From assembly GCA_934129885.1 (NCBI GenBank), contig CAKOWU010000001.1, positions 19,750-83,749 on the forward strand: DNA of 64,000 nt, read 5' to 3'. The notes beneath the pieces are model-generated. The model was given only the letters and a program-made list of their open reading frames with translations, had not been told where the DNA came from and made no database searches. The DNA is from an uncultured Bacilli bacterium. GTDB lineage: Bacteria; Bacillota_I; Bacilli_A; RF39; UBA660. This document shows, piece after piece, positions 44,088 through 53,472 of this stretch. The stretch's first letter is position 1. The number at the start of each line of letters is the position of its first letter. Both the position numbers and the translations under genes were made by a program.

Positions 44088-44324
44088 ATGATTGGTAAAG
44101 CAATAAAGTATATAAGAAACAAGGCTGGATATACTCAAGAAGAACTTGGAAGGCTTGCTAGTATAAATAGGACTACACTGGGTAATTATGAAACTGAATT
44201 TAGACAACCAACTTTTGATATGATTGAGGAATTAGTGAATAAATGTGGGTATGATATATATTTTGTTAACAGAAAAACGCGTGAAAAATTCAAAGCAAAA
44301 GACCTTAAACGTAAAGATGTTTAG
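44088..44324 (+). CDS. XRE-family HTH transcriptional regulator (78 aa)
   Basis: MIGKAIKYIRNKAGYTQEELGRLASINRTTLGNYETEFRQPTFDMIEEL, with GGTGA 5 nt upstream of ATG 44088. It is divergent from LRR paralog 3. Confidence 0.75.
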   Translation: MIGKAIKYIRNKAGYTQEELGRLASINRTTLGNYETEFRQPTFDMIEELVNKCGYDIYFVNRKTREKFKAKDLKRKDV

Positions 44325-44446
44325 AGTCTTTTTTTTTATTATGGTAATAAGCGATGCGATAAAAAGTGTTACTAAAGGTATACATTAGATATTATTAAAA
44401 TACTGTGTGAAGGTGTAGTTATAAAATAAAAATAAACCATAGTTGG

Positions 44447-44992
44447 TTATGATTTATTTTTGTATAGGTAGCATTCTTTATCGTGGGAATAGATTATGCC
44501 TATGGCCTGCAGGTAAGAGTATATTATGGTACTGCCAGTAAATTTCATACCTCTTTTGATGAGATCTTTAGATATGGCGTCTGACAGTGGCGAGGTTATT
44601 TTGTCTATTTCATACACTGTTTGCCCTTTTGTAAATGTGGTTAGATAATTATAGAAAGAGCCATATTCTTTTTGAATGTTTTTAAATATTTTAGTATTAT
44701 TGATGCTGGCTTTTATTTTTAGTTTGTTTCTAATAATATCTTTGTTTTGGGCAAGTTCTTCTATTTTTTTATTATCATACGTGCATATTTTATCAATGTC
44801 AAAATTATCATAGGCTTTTATGAAGGCGTCTCTTTTATTTAGGACACATTCCCATGAGAGGCCGGCCTGAAACGATTCTAAGATAAGCATTTCTAGTAGG
44901 TAGTTATCGTTTGTATTTAGTTTGCACCATTCGTTATCGTGGTATTCTATGTATTTTTGATTATTTGGGTTACACCATTTACATCTTTTCAT
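44447..44992 (-). CDS. tag: DNA-3-methyladenine glycosylase I
   Basis: 181 aa with MKRCKWCNPNN..YIEYHDNEWC and FQAGLSW, the Tag signature. Confidence 0.9.
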   Translation of the reverse strand: MKRCKWCNPNNQKYIEYHDNEWCKLNTNDNYLLEMLILESFQAGLSWECVLNKRDAFIKAYDNFDIDKICTYDNKKIEELAQNKDIIRNKLKIKASINNTKIFKNIQKEYGSFYNYLTTFTKGQTVYEIDKITSPLSDAISKDLIKRGMKFTGSTIIYSYLQAIGIIYSHDKECYLYKNKS

Positions 44993-45519
44993 AGGGCAGT
45001 TCCTTTTGTGGGAATGGTAAATTTTGACATGTCATTCTTTTCTATTTCTAGTAGTTTTACTTTGTTTTGGATGCCTCCACCGTAACCGGTTAGACTACTA
45101 TTTTTGCCTACTACTCTATGGCAGGGGATTATGATACATATTGGGTTCCAGCCGACTGCACCTCCGACGGCCTGGGCTGACATTTGTTTTATTCCTTTAG
45201 AGGTGGCGATTTCATCTGCGATATCTTTATAGGTCACGACTTTTCCATAAGGTATTTTATTCATGATGTTTATTACTTGTTCTCTAAAGGGTGTTAGGTT
45301 TTCTATTTTATATTTTGGGGTAAAGTCTGGTTTTTTACCGCTGAAGTATATATCTAACCATTTTTTGGTTTTTTCAAAGATTGGTAGGTCTTTATTTACA
45401 TATTTTCCTTGATTTTTTTTGTCATCTTTACTACCTTCGAACCAGAGACCTGTTAGGTATATGCCGTCACTTTTCATACGCATTAGTCCTAATGGCGAGT
45501 TATAGGTTTTTGTATACAT
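44989..45519 (-). CDS. ogt: Methylated-DNA--protein-cysteine methyltransferase
   Basis: Active site IIPCHRVVG. The likely start is ATG 45519 (MYTKTYNSPLG), after GGAAGTGA. It overlaps tag by 4 nt. Confidence 0.9.
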   Translation of the reverse strand: MYTKTYNSPLGLMRMKSDGIYLTGLWFEGSKDDKKNQGKYVNKDLPIFEKTKKWLDIYFSGKKPDFTPKYKIENLTPFREQVINIMNKIPYGKVVTYKDIADEIATSKGIKQMSAQAVGGAVGWNPICIIIPCHRVVGKNSSLTGYGGGIQNKVKLLEIEKNDMSKFTIPTKGTAL

Positions 45520-45586
45520 TTTATCACTTCCTATTAATATTTTACCATAATGCAAATTAAAAGGAGCAAGTTATTTTGCTCCTTTA

Positions 45587-47659
45587 TTATTTTCTTTCGA
45601 TTTCTACCATTTCGTAGCATTCGATGATGTCGCCTTGTTTTATATCGCTGAAGTTTTCAATGGTTATTCCACATTCTAGTCCTTTTTTGACTTCTTTGAC
45701 GCTATCTTTTTCTCTTTGAAGTGATCCGATGTTACCATCATAGATTACTACACCATCTCTGATTATTCTAGCCTGTGATGTTCTTTTGATTACTCCGTCT
45801 ACTACTAGAGAACCTGCGATGTTACCGATTTTAGAGAATTTGAATAGTTGTTTTATTTCGGCTGAACCTAGTATTTTTTCTTCGTATTCTGGGTCTAGCA
45901 TACCTTTCATGGCAGCTTCTATTTCTTCTACTACTTTATATATTATATTATAAAGTCTGATGTCAACGCCTTGTTCTTCAGCTTTATCTTTGATTGCTTT
46001 GGTAGGTCTTACGTTGAAACCGATGATTATGGCGTTTGAAGCTTTGGCAAGTACGATATCACTTTCGGTTATACCGCCTACACTACTTCGGATGACTTTT
46101 ACTTTAACGCCTTCAACTTCGATTTTTTGTAGGGAGTTTTTAACAGCTTCTGCACTACCGTTGACGTCAGCTTTGACTATGATGTTTATTTCTTTTAGTC
46201 CATCTCCTATTTTTGAGAATAGGGCATCCAATGATATTGATGCGTTTTTATGATTATTTTTTTGACGCTCTTTGAGTTTTCTTTCTTCAGCAATTTTACG
46301 GGCTTCTTTTTCGGATTCGAAGGCCATAAATCTATCACCTGCGGATGGTACTTCGTTTAGTCCTGTTATTTCGACAGGCATTGATGGTTTTGCTTCGGTG
46401 ATTTCTTCACCTTTATCATTTTTCATTATTCTGATTTTACCGTAAGCAGTTCCGACTACGACTGGGTCACCTATTCTTAAGGTTCCGTTTTGGATTAGTA
46501 CGGTTACTATTGGTCCTACATGTTTATTTAACCTAGATTCTACGACTGACCCTATGGCGTATCTATTTGGATTTGCTTTATATTCTTCCATTTCAGCGAT
46601 TAGGTGTATATTTTCTAGAAGTTCTTTTATTCCATCACCAGTTGCTGCGGATATTTTATTGAATAGGGTATCGCCGCCCCATTCTTCTGGCATTAGGCCA
46701 TATTCTGATAGTTCTGTCATTACTCTTTCTGGATTGGCTTCAGGTTTATCCATTTTATTAATTGCGACTATTATAGGCACTCCAGCGGCTTTAGCATGGT
46801 CTATTGCTTCTTTGGTTTGGGGCATTACTCCGTCATCTGCGGCGACTATGATTATTACGATGTCAGTTATGCTGGCACCTCTGGCACGCATTTCTGTGAA
46901 AGCGGCGTGGCCTGGGGTATCGATGAAGGTTATTGGTTTTCCTTCACTTGTTACTTGGTAGGCTGATATGGCCTGGGTAATACCTCCGGCTTCTCCTCCT
47001 GCGACGTTGGTTTTTCTAATTGCGTCTAGTAGGGTTGTTTTACCATGATCAACGTGTCCCATGATTGTTACTACTGGAGCACGACTTTCTAGGTCTTTTT
47101 CATCGTCTATTATTTCGTAACTTTCAAAGTTGGTTACGTCGGTTGTTTCTTCTTTTTTTAGGGTTTTATGATAATCATCTACTAGTATTTCAGCATTTTC
47201 AAAAGAGATAGCACTATTGATATTGACCATTAGTCCTAGTGCAAATAGTTTTTTGATGATTTCTGCGGCAGGAACTTTTAGTTCGTCTGCGAGCATTCCT
47301 ATGGTCATGTTTTCTTTATATAGTACGATGTTTTCGTTTGATGCGACAGCAGTGTTGCTTTGCAATTTCTCTTTGTTTTTGTACATTTCTTTTTTCTTTT
47401 TAGCAAAATCTTTTTGTGTAGTTTGCTTATCTTTTTTAACCTTTTTGGCTTTTGTTTGATTTTTAGGTTTGATTATTTTTTCTTCGTATGCTTCTTCTAT
47501 CTCTTCGTCTGTTTCGATGTTGTTATCAAGTATAACGATTGCATCTTCGTCAAGTATATCGTCTTCTGTTTTGGCATTTATGTTTAATTCGCTACATTTA
47601 CTCAGTATATATTCTACTGTTCTATTTACGTCTTCGGCGTATTCTAATACACTCATCAT
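45587..47659 (-). CDS. infB: Translation initiation factor IF-2
   Basis: GTPase motifs GHVDHGKTTLLD, DTPGH and NKMD. The likely start is ATG 47659, after GGAGGTG. Confidence 0.97.
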   Translation of the reverse strand: MMSVLEYAEDVNRTVEYILSKCSELNINAKTEDDILDEDAIVILDNNIETDEEIEEAYEEKIIKPKNQTKAKKVKKDKQTTQKDFAKKKKEMYKNKEKLQSNTAVASNENIVLYKENMTIGMLADELKVPAAEIIKKLFALGLMVNINSAISFENAEILVDDYHKTLKKEETTDVTNFESYEIIDDEKDLESRAPVVTIMGHVDHGKTTLLDAIRKTNVAGGEAGGITQAISAYQVTSEGKPITFIDTPGHAAFTEMRARGASITDIVIIIVAADDGVMPQTKEAIDHAKAAGVPIIVAINKMDKPEANPERVMTELSEYGLMPEEWGGDTLFNKISAATGDGIKELLENIHLIAEMEEYKANPNRYAIGSVVESRLNKHVGPIVTVLIQNGTLRIGDPVVVGTAYGKIRIMKNDKGEEITEAKPSMPVEITGLNEVPSAGDRFMAFESEKEARKIAEERKLKERQKNNHKNASISLDALFSKIGDGLKEINIIVKADVNGSAEAVKNSLQKIEVEGVKVKVIRSSVGGITESDIVLAKASNAIIIGFNVRPTKAIKDKAEEQGVDIRLYNIIYKVVEEIEAAMKGMLDPEYEEKILGSAEIKQLFKFSKIGNIAGSLVVDGVIKRTSQARIIRDGVVIYDGNIGSLQREKDSVKEVKKGLECGITIENFSDIKQGDIIECYEMVEIERK

Positions 47660-47673
47660 ATTATGCACCTCCA

Positions 47674-47928
47674 TTATAAAATTGTTTTTAGTTCTTCGAA
47701 TACTTCATCAGGTACTTTTTGTTCTAACATTCTATCTAGTACTTTGGTTTTTTTTGCTTTTTCAAAGACTTCTAGATCTTTTTTTAGGTATGCTCCACGC
47801 CCATTTAGTTTTCCGGTTTCGTCGACTTTTATCCCGTCTTCTGTTCTTACTATTCTTATGAGTTCTTTTTTTGGATATTTTTCTCTTGTTACTACACACA
47901 TACGCATTGGAATTTTTCTGGTTTTCAT
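47674..47928 (-). CDS. ylxR: YlxR/RnpM family RNA-binding protein (DUF448)
   Basis: 84 aa, PMRMCVVTREKYPKKELIRIV..GRGAYL. It sits between nusA and infB. Confidence 0.9.
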   Translation of the reverse strand: MKTRKIPMRMCVVTREKYPKKELIRIVRTEDGIKVDETGKLNGRGAYLKKDLEVFEKAKKTKVLDRMLEQKVPDEVFEELKTIL

Positions 47929-47929
47929 G

Positions 47930-49084
47930 CTATTCCTCTACTATGTTTATTCCAAGTTCTTTGGCTTCTTCTATTGTTTTGATATCTAGTTTATAGTGTG
48001 TTAGTTTAGATGCTAGTCTGACATTTTGACCTTTTTTACCGATTGCAAGTGAAAGATTTGCTTTGTCGACGACCACTAGAGCTTCTTTTTTCTTTTCGTC
48101 GGTAATAAAGACGTGAAGGTCTTTGGCAGGACTTAAGGCGTTTTCGATAAATCTTGCTTCTTCTTTATTATATGGTACTATGTCTATTTTTTCGCCATTT
48201 AGTTCTTCTATTATTCTATTTATTCTACTACCACGTTCTCCGATACAAGCACCGACTGGGTCGACGTTTGGATTTTCTGAATATACGGCAATTTTGGTTC
48301 TACTGCCGGCGTCTCTTGCGACGCTATAGACAAGGATTATACCTTCGTTTATTTCTGGTATTTCTAGTTCAAATAATCTTTTTACAAAACCATAATGTCT
48401 ACGTGATAATAATATTAATGAACCTTTTGAACTATTATCTATTTTGGTAATGTAGACTTTGATGCTTGAACTCATTTTGATTTTTTCACCTGGTATTATT
48501 TCTGTTTTAGGCAATATTCCTTGGGCTCTACCTAAATTTATATAGTAGTTTCTTTCGTCTTCTAGTTCAGCTGTACCGACAACCATTTCGTCTTGTTTAT
48601 CTTCATATTCGTCTTTTATTAGTTGCCTTTCGGCTTCTCTGATTTTTTGAACTACTACTTGTTTTGCGGTTGCGGCGGCGACACGTCCAAAGTCTTTTGG
48701 TGTAACTTCTTTTTCTATTCTCTCACCTATTTGGATGTCTGGTACTATTTTACGTGCTTCTTCTAAGGTGATATGAATTCGATCGTCATAGTAGAAGTCT
48801 TTTTCAACTTCTTCTTCATTTCCTTCTTCGTCGGTAACGATTTCGGTTTCCAGTTTTCCTTCTTCTTTTTCCCATTCTTCTGAATATACTACTGTTTTAT
48901 ACGAGAATATTTTTATGTCACCTGTTTCTCTATTTATATCTACTCTTACGTTTGATAGTGAGTGATAGTTCTTTTTATATGCAGATGTAAGTGCGAGTTC
49001 CATTGCTTCAAATATTGTATCTAGGTCAATTCCTTTTTCTTTTGATAAACTATTTGCGGCTTTTAAAAATGCTGTACCATCCAT
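47930..49084 (-). CDS. nusA: Transcription termination/antitermination factor NusA
   Basis: Has S1 and KH domains (GACIGERGSRINRI, AIGKKGQNVRLASKLT). The likely start is ATG 49084 (MDGTAFLKAANSL), after AAAGGAAG. Confidence 0.96.
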   Translation of the reverse strand: MDGTAFLKAANSLSKEKGIDLDTIFEAMELALTSAYKKNYHSLSNVRVDINRETGDIKIFSYKTVVYSEEWEKEEGKLETEIVTDEEGNEEEVEKDFYYDDRIHITLEEARKIVPDIQIGERIEKEVTPKDFGRVAAATAKQVVVQKIREAERQLIKDEYEDKQDEMVVGTAELEDERNYYINLGRAQGILPKTEIIPGEKIKMSSSIKVYITKIDNSSKGSLILLSRRHYGFVKRLFELEIPEINEGIILVYSVARDAGSRTKIAVYSENPNVDPVGACIGERGSRINRIIEELNGEKIDIVPYNKEEARFIENALSPAKDLHVFITDEKKKEALVVVDKANLSLAIGKKGQNVRLASKLTHYKLDIKTIEEAKELGINIVEE

Positions 49085-49085
49085 A

Positions 49086-49337
49086 TTATTCGCTTCCTTT
49101 CTCTTTTGAACAAACATCTAGGACATAACTTTCTTTGATTATGTCTTCTTTGTCTAATATTGGATTTATTATTTTGTTTACTTTTAAGCAATCATTTATG
49201 TTTATATAACCTTCTTTATCTATGATGATTGTTAAAGTATTTGCTCCATCTTGTTTTCCGTATGTTACTTCGTCTAGAATGTAGCCTTCTTTTGTTATTG
49301 ACTCTTCTAGTAATTCTTTAATTTTTGTTTCTACCAT
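49086..49337 (-). CDS. rimP: Ribosome maturation factor RimP, N-terminal domain only (83 aa)
   Basis: MVETKIKELLEESITKEGYILDEVTY..LTIIIDKEG.ININDC..VNKIINPILD.. ends at YVLDVCSKEKGSE, where the EVSSPG motif normally sits. It lies directly upstream of nusA. Confidence 0.7.
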   Translation of the reverse strand: MVETKIKELLEESITKEGYILDEVTYGKQDGANTLTIIIDKEGYININDCLKVNKIINPILDKEDIIKESYVLDVCSKEKGSE

Positions 49338-49531
49338 ACTTACCTCCTACTATGTTAAAGAGTGGGGCTACCCACTCTTTTGTCTTTTCATGAAGTCATG
49401 AATATTATAGCACAGTTTTTTTGGTTTTGAAAGCATTTCTGTATATTTTATGCTGAAGCGGCGAGAAATATGATGAATATACACAAAAAGGACTTTTTTT
49501 ATATGTATTTAAAGTTCTTTTGTTTATATGA

Positions 49532-50187
49532 TTATTCTTTGCTATTGTTGATACCTTTTGAAATACTACATGCGATATCTTCAGCAACATTTCCGATAGT
49601 TGGTGACATTTTATCAATACCCTCTTGGACTACTGGCATACCTTGCTGTGTCTTAAAAGCAACAAATTCTCTTTTGAATGCATTTACAAGGATTGATATT
49701 GATATAAGTAGCCCGGCAAGAAGAATAAAAGTACCTGGCATTATTAATGGGAGATTATCAAATAACATTCTCATATTATCAACTGAATTTTCAATATCAA
49801 CAGTTCCATGTTGAATATCCCAAAGTTCTGTTTCAAGATTTGTTTTTTCTTTTCTTAACTTCATTTCTTCTTGACTACATTTTGTTATCTCTGCATATCA
49901 ATTAGAAGCACCTATGTCCATTGCATCACATTCATATTCTTTATCGTTTATCTGTTTTTCTAATTCTTGTATTTTTAAATTAAGTTCTTCTTCGGAATTG
50001 GCAGTTTGGTTTTCAACCGCGATTTTTTTTCATTTTCTGCTTTAGCGGTTTTGTAGTTTGATACTCCTTTTGCGATAAGTCCTCCACCTATTACCAGACT
50101 AATTACCAATATTGTGATACCTAATATTATAAAACCTATCTTCCACCTTTTATAGCTTTCTTCATTAAGAAATTCCTTTTTTTACAT
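49532..50187 (-). pseudogene. Degraded gene for a membrane-anchored coiled-coil protein (three lesions)
   Basis: RBS AAGAGGAAAG plus ATG 50187 is followed at once by TAA. The frame then reads KKEFLNEESYKRWKIGFIILGITILVISLVIGGGLIAKG..AKAENEKK. A frameshift occurs at the A8 run (plus T8 at 50023..50030). It continues IAVENQTANSEEELNLKIQELEKQINDKEYECDAMDIGASN-TGA(49898..49900)-YAEITKCSQEE into track ORF 49532..49864. Confidence 0.5.
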
Positions 50188-50291
50188 ATCCTTACTTCTT
50201 TCCTCTTTAAGATATCATAAAAAAAGTTATATTTTCGCAAAATCACTTTGCTGTGTGTAAAACTTAGTAAATGTGTAGTAAAAAAAGATGC

Positions 50292-50648
50292 TTATTCTGC
50301 ATCTCCTTCTACTAATTCAATTTGAACCATTAAGGCATCGTCGCCTTTTCTTTCATTTAATTTTAAGATTCTAGTGTAACCACCATTTCTGTTAGCATAT
50401 CTAACTGCTAGATCGTCAAAGACTTTCTTTACAGTTTCTTTATCATTTTGTAAGAACGCTAATGCTTTTCTTCTGGCAACTAATGAACCATCTTTACCAT
50501 AAGTAATCATTTTGTCAACGAATTTACGAGCTTCTTTCGCTCTTGTTTCAGTGGTGACTACTTTTTCGTTATTGATGATATCTTTAGTTAAGTTAGCAAG
50601 CATACTTCTTCTATGTTTATTGTCACGTCCTAATTTTCTATATGCCAT
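50292..50648 (-). CDS. rplQ: 50S ribosomal protein L17
   Basis: [20 protein letters not shown].., last gene of the alpha operon. ATG 50648 follows GGAGGA. Confidence 0.97.
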   Translation of the reverse strand: MAYRKLGRDNKHRRSMLANLTKDIINNEKVVTTETRAKEARKFVDKMITYGKDGSLVARRKALAFLQNDKETVKKVFDDLAVRYANRNGGYTRILKLNERKGDDALMVQIELVEGDAE

Positions 50649-50666
50649 TTTCATTCCTCCTAACTA

Positions 50667-51620
50667 TTAGTCTTCATCACGGAATTTAAGTCCCATGTCT
50701 TTGATTTTGTCTATAACTTCTTTTAATGATTTTTTACCTAAATTACGGATTTTCATCATTTCTAACTCTGATTTTTCTGTTAAATCACCTAATGTGTTGA
50801 TGTTTGCTCTTTTTAGGCAATTATAGGCTCTTACAGAAAAGTCTAAATCGTCAATTGATGTTTCTAATTTCTTTAGTTTGTTATCTTCTTGTTTGGCGTT
50901 CATTATACCAGTAACATCTGCGATTTCACTTAAGTTTGTAACTATGTTTAAATGTTCTATTAATATTTTTGCTCCTAGAGCCATCGCTTCTTCTGGTCTA
51001 ATTGAACCGTTTGTTTCAACTTCCATTGTAAGTTTATCGTATGATGCGTCTTGTCCTACACGGGCACTATCTACATAGAAGTTTATTCTTTCAATTGGAG
51101 AGTATAGTGCATCAATTGCGATATATCCAATCGTATCATCTTCTATATATTTTTTATTATCATTAGATAGTACTGCACCTCTACCACTGGCAATGATAAA
51201 GTCCATATCTAATTTTCCACCTTCAGCAAGTGTTGCGATTACTTGATCTTTATTGATAATTTCAACGTCAGAGTCACATTCTATATCGGCAGCGGTTACT
51301 ACTCTTTCTTCATGGACAGATAGATGAGCAGTTTTTACTTCTTTTGAATTGTTTTTTACAACAATATTTTTTAGATTTAATATTATTGCTGTAACGTCTT
51401 CTACTACGCCGTCGATTGTTTGGAATTCATGCATTACACCATCGATTTTAACTGCTACTATGGCAGAGCCTGGCATACTTGATAGCATAACTCTTCTTAA
51501 TGCATTACCTAAAGTAATTCCAAATCCTCTTTCTAAAGGTTCTAATTCAAATTTTCCATAATTATTATTTTCAACATATTCTGTTATTTTATATTCTGGT
51601 TTTTCAAAATTAAAATTCAT
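50667..51620 (-). CDS. rpoA: DNA-directed RNA polymerase alpha subunit
   Basis: 317 aa with LERGFGITLGNALRRVMLSS and the C-terminal domain LDFSVRAYNCLKRANI. Confidence 0.98.
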   Translation of the reverse strand: MNFNFEKPEYKITEYVENNNYGKFELEPLERGFGITLGNALRRVMLSSMPGSAIVAVKIDGVMHEFQTIDGVVEDVTAIILNLKNIVVKNNSKEVKTAHLSVHEERVVTAADIECDSDVEIINKDQVIATLAEGGKLDMDFIIASGRGAVLSNDNKKYIEDDTIGYIAIDALYSPIERINFYVDSARVGQDASYDKLTMEVETNGSIRPEEAMALGAKILIEHLNIVTNLSEIADVTGIMNAKQEDNKLKKLETSIDDLDFSVRAYNCLKRANINTLGDLTEKSELEMMKIRNLGKKSLKEVIDKIKDMGLKFRDED

Positions 51621-51638
51621 AAAGGACTCCTTTCTTTA

Positions 51639-52022
51639 TTATCCACGTGGTCTTTTTGGTGGACGACATCCATTATGTGGAATTGGTGTTACATCAGAGA
51701 TTGAAGCGATTTCTAATCCTGCGGTTTGTAATGAACGTATTGCAGTTTCACGTCCAGAACCTAATCCTTTTGCGAATACTTCTACTTTTTTCATTCCCAT
51801 TTCTGCAGCGGCTTTTCCTGCGGCTTCAGCAGCCATACCAGCAGCGAATGGGGTAGATTTTTTACTTCCTTTAAATCCTAATGTTCCAGCAGAAGCCCAA
51901 CTTATTGCATTACCCTCTTTATCTGTAAGGGTTACGATAGTGTTGTTGAATGTTGAATGGATAAAAGCCTTACCTTCTGGGACATTCTTTTTAACTTTAC
52001 GTTTTCTTGCTTTATAAGCCAT
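51639..52022 (-). CDS. rpsK: 30S ribosomal protein S11
   Basis: 127 aa with a recognisable uS11 sequence (..[16 protein letters not shown]), in conserved order. Confidence 0.97.
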   Translation of the reverse strand: MAYKARKRKVKKNVPEGKAFIHSTFNNTIVTLTDKEGNAISWASAGTLGFKGSKKSTPFAAGMAAEAAGKAAAEMGMKKVEVFAKGLGSGRETAIRSLQTAGLEIASISDVTPIPHNGCRPPKRPRG

Positions 52023-52047
52023 ATATAATATCCTCCTTTTTTAAATA

Positions 52048-52413
52048 TTATTTCTTTTTATTTGCTATTGTTACGGCTTTACCTTTACGAGTACGAGCAT
52101 TTCTTCTTGTACTTTGTCCTCTTACTGGTAAACCTTTTTTGTGACGAGTACCTTCATATGAATTGATTTCCATTTTGGTTTTTATATTCATATTTACTTC
52201 ACGACGTAAATCACCTTCTGTTAGGTATTTGTTTACTTCGTCACGAATACTTGCTAACTCATCATTTGTTAAATCTTTTGCTTTTTTATCTTTATCAATT
52301 TTAGTAGCCTTTAATATTTTATTTGATGTACTTCTACCAATACCGTGAATTGCAGTTAATGCTATTTCAACTCTTTTATTATCAGGTACATCTACACCTT
52401 TAATACGTGCCAT
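52048..52413 (-). CDS. rpsM: 30S ribosomal protein S13
   Basis: [26 protein letters not shown].., uS13. Confidence 0.97.
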   Translation of the reverse strand: MARIKGVDVPDNKRVEIALTAIHGIGRSTSNKILKATKIDKDKKAKDLTNDELASIRDEVNKYLTEGDLRREVNMNIKTKMEINSYEGTRHKKGLPVRGQSTRRNARTRKGKAVTIANKKK

Positions 52414-52427
52414 TTTATCGCCTCCTA

Positions 52428-52541
52428 TTAACCTTGTCTTTGTTTATGTCTTGGGTTTTCACAAATTACCAAAACTTTACCTTTTCTTTTGATTATTTTA
52501 CATTTGTCGCATATTTTTTTAACTGATGGTCTTACCTTCAT
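52428..52541 (-). CDS. rpmJ: 50S ribosomal protein L36
   Basis: Not in the ORF track (37 aa). The minus strand gives [37 protein letters not shown]. It lies between infA and rpsM. Confidence 0.95.
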   Translation of the reverse strand: MKVRPSVKKICDKCKIIKRKGKVLVICENPRHKQRQG

Positions 52542-52555
52542 TTTAATCCCTCCTA

Positions 52556-52819
52556 TTATTTTCTATAGGTTATACGCCCGCGTGTTAAATCATATGGTGA
52601 TAATTCAACTGTTACTCTATCACCTTTTAAAATGCGAATATGGTTTAAACGCATTTTACCAGAAACGCGAGCCTTAATAACATGTTTGTTTTCAAGTGTT
52701 ACTACAAATTCTCCCCCAGGGATAACATCTTCTACAAGTCCCTCAAGTTCGATAACATCTTGTTTGACCTTTTTGGTAACTTCTTTATTTTGTTTAAAGT
52801 TGTTTCTCTTTTTGGCCAT
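52556..52819 (-). CDS. infA: Translation initiation factor IF-1 (with about 17 aa basic N-terminal extension)
   Basis: Has ..[68 protein letters not shown] 52819 follows GGAGGTGA. Confidence 0.93.
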   Translation of the reverse strand: MAKKRNNFKQNKEVTKKVKQDVIELEGLVEDVIPGGEFVVTLENKHVIKARVSGKMRLNHIRILKGDRVTVELSPYDLTRGRITYRK

Positions 52820-52824
52820 TATTA

Positions 52825-53472
52825 TCACCTCCTGGTTAATATATTATCTATTACGCCTTCTATTTGTTTAAATGTGTGTTCGGCGGTCACACCACTATTA
52901 ACATGATAAACAACATTTTGTTTTTCATAATATTCTATAAGTGGTTCTGTTTCTTTTTCATATGTATTATATCTTTTCTCAAAAGTTTCTTTTGTATCAT
53001 CATTTCTTTTTATTAGGGTATGATGACAATGATTACATAGTCCTTTTTTTAAAGGCTTTGAGCCTTCTATTAATTCGTTAAAAACCTCACCACAGTTTGG
53101 GCAAGAAACTCTACCTGTTATACGCTTTTCAGCAATATCTTTTGGTGTGTCTAAAACAAATACTGTTCCTTGCTCTTTTTTTAGGCTTTTTAGTATGTTT
53201 TCATATATTTTTGCTTGTTTTAAATTTCTAGGAAAGCCATCTAAAACGAAACCGTTATTGCAGTCGTCTTCATTTAGTCTCTCTTCTAATAGTTTTGAGA
53301 CTACTTCATCAGATACGAATTTACCATTATTTATTAATTTATTTATTTCTTCGTCATGGCAATTTCTAAGTAAATCCCCAGTACTAATATGCGGAAGATT
53401 ATACTTTTCGCTGACTCTTACTGATTGGGTCCCCTTACCTGCGGCAGGTGGTGCTATAAATAATATATTCAT
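52825..53472 (-). CDS. adk: Adenylate kinase
   Basis: P-loop [11 protein letters not shown] and a zinc lid CPNCG..C..C. Confidence 0.95.
   Translation of the reverse strand: MNILFIAPPAAGKGTQSVRVSEKYNLPHISTGDLLRNCHDEEINKLINNGKFVSDEVVSKLLEERLNEDDCNNGFVLDGFPRNLKQAKIYENILKSLKKEQGTVFVLDTPKDIAEKRITGRVSCPNCGEVFNELIEGSKPLKKGLCNHCHHTLIKRNDDTKETFEKRYNTYEKETEPLIEYYEKQNVVYHVNSGVTAEHTFKQIEGVIDNILTRR

Noticed and set aside
49086-49337. RimP truncation caused by a frameshift with the C-terminal domain hidden in another frame
   Set aside because: nusA starts 1 nt after the rimP stop, and only 11 extra codons are open upstream in the nusA frame. There is no space for a 70 aa C-terminal domain.
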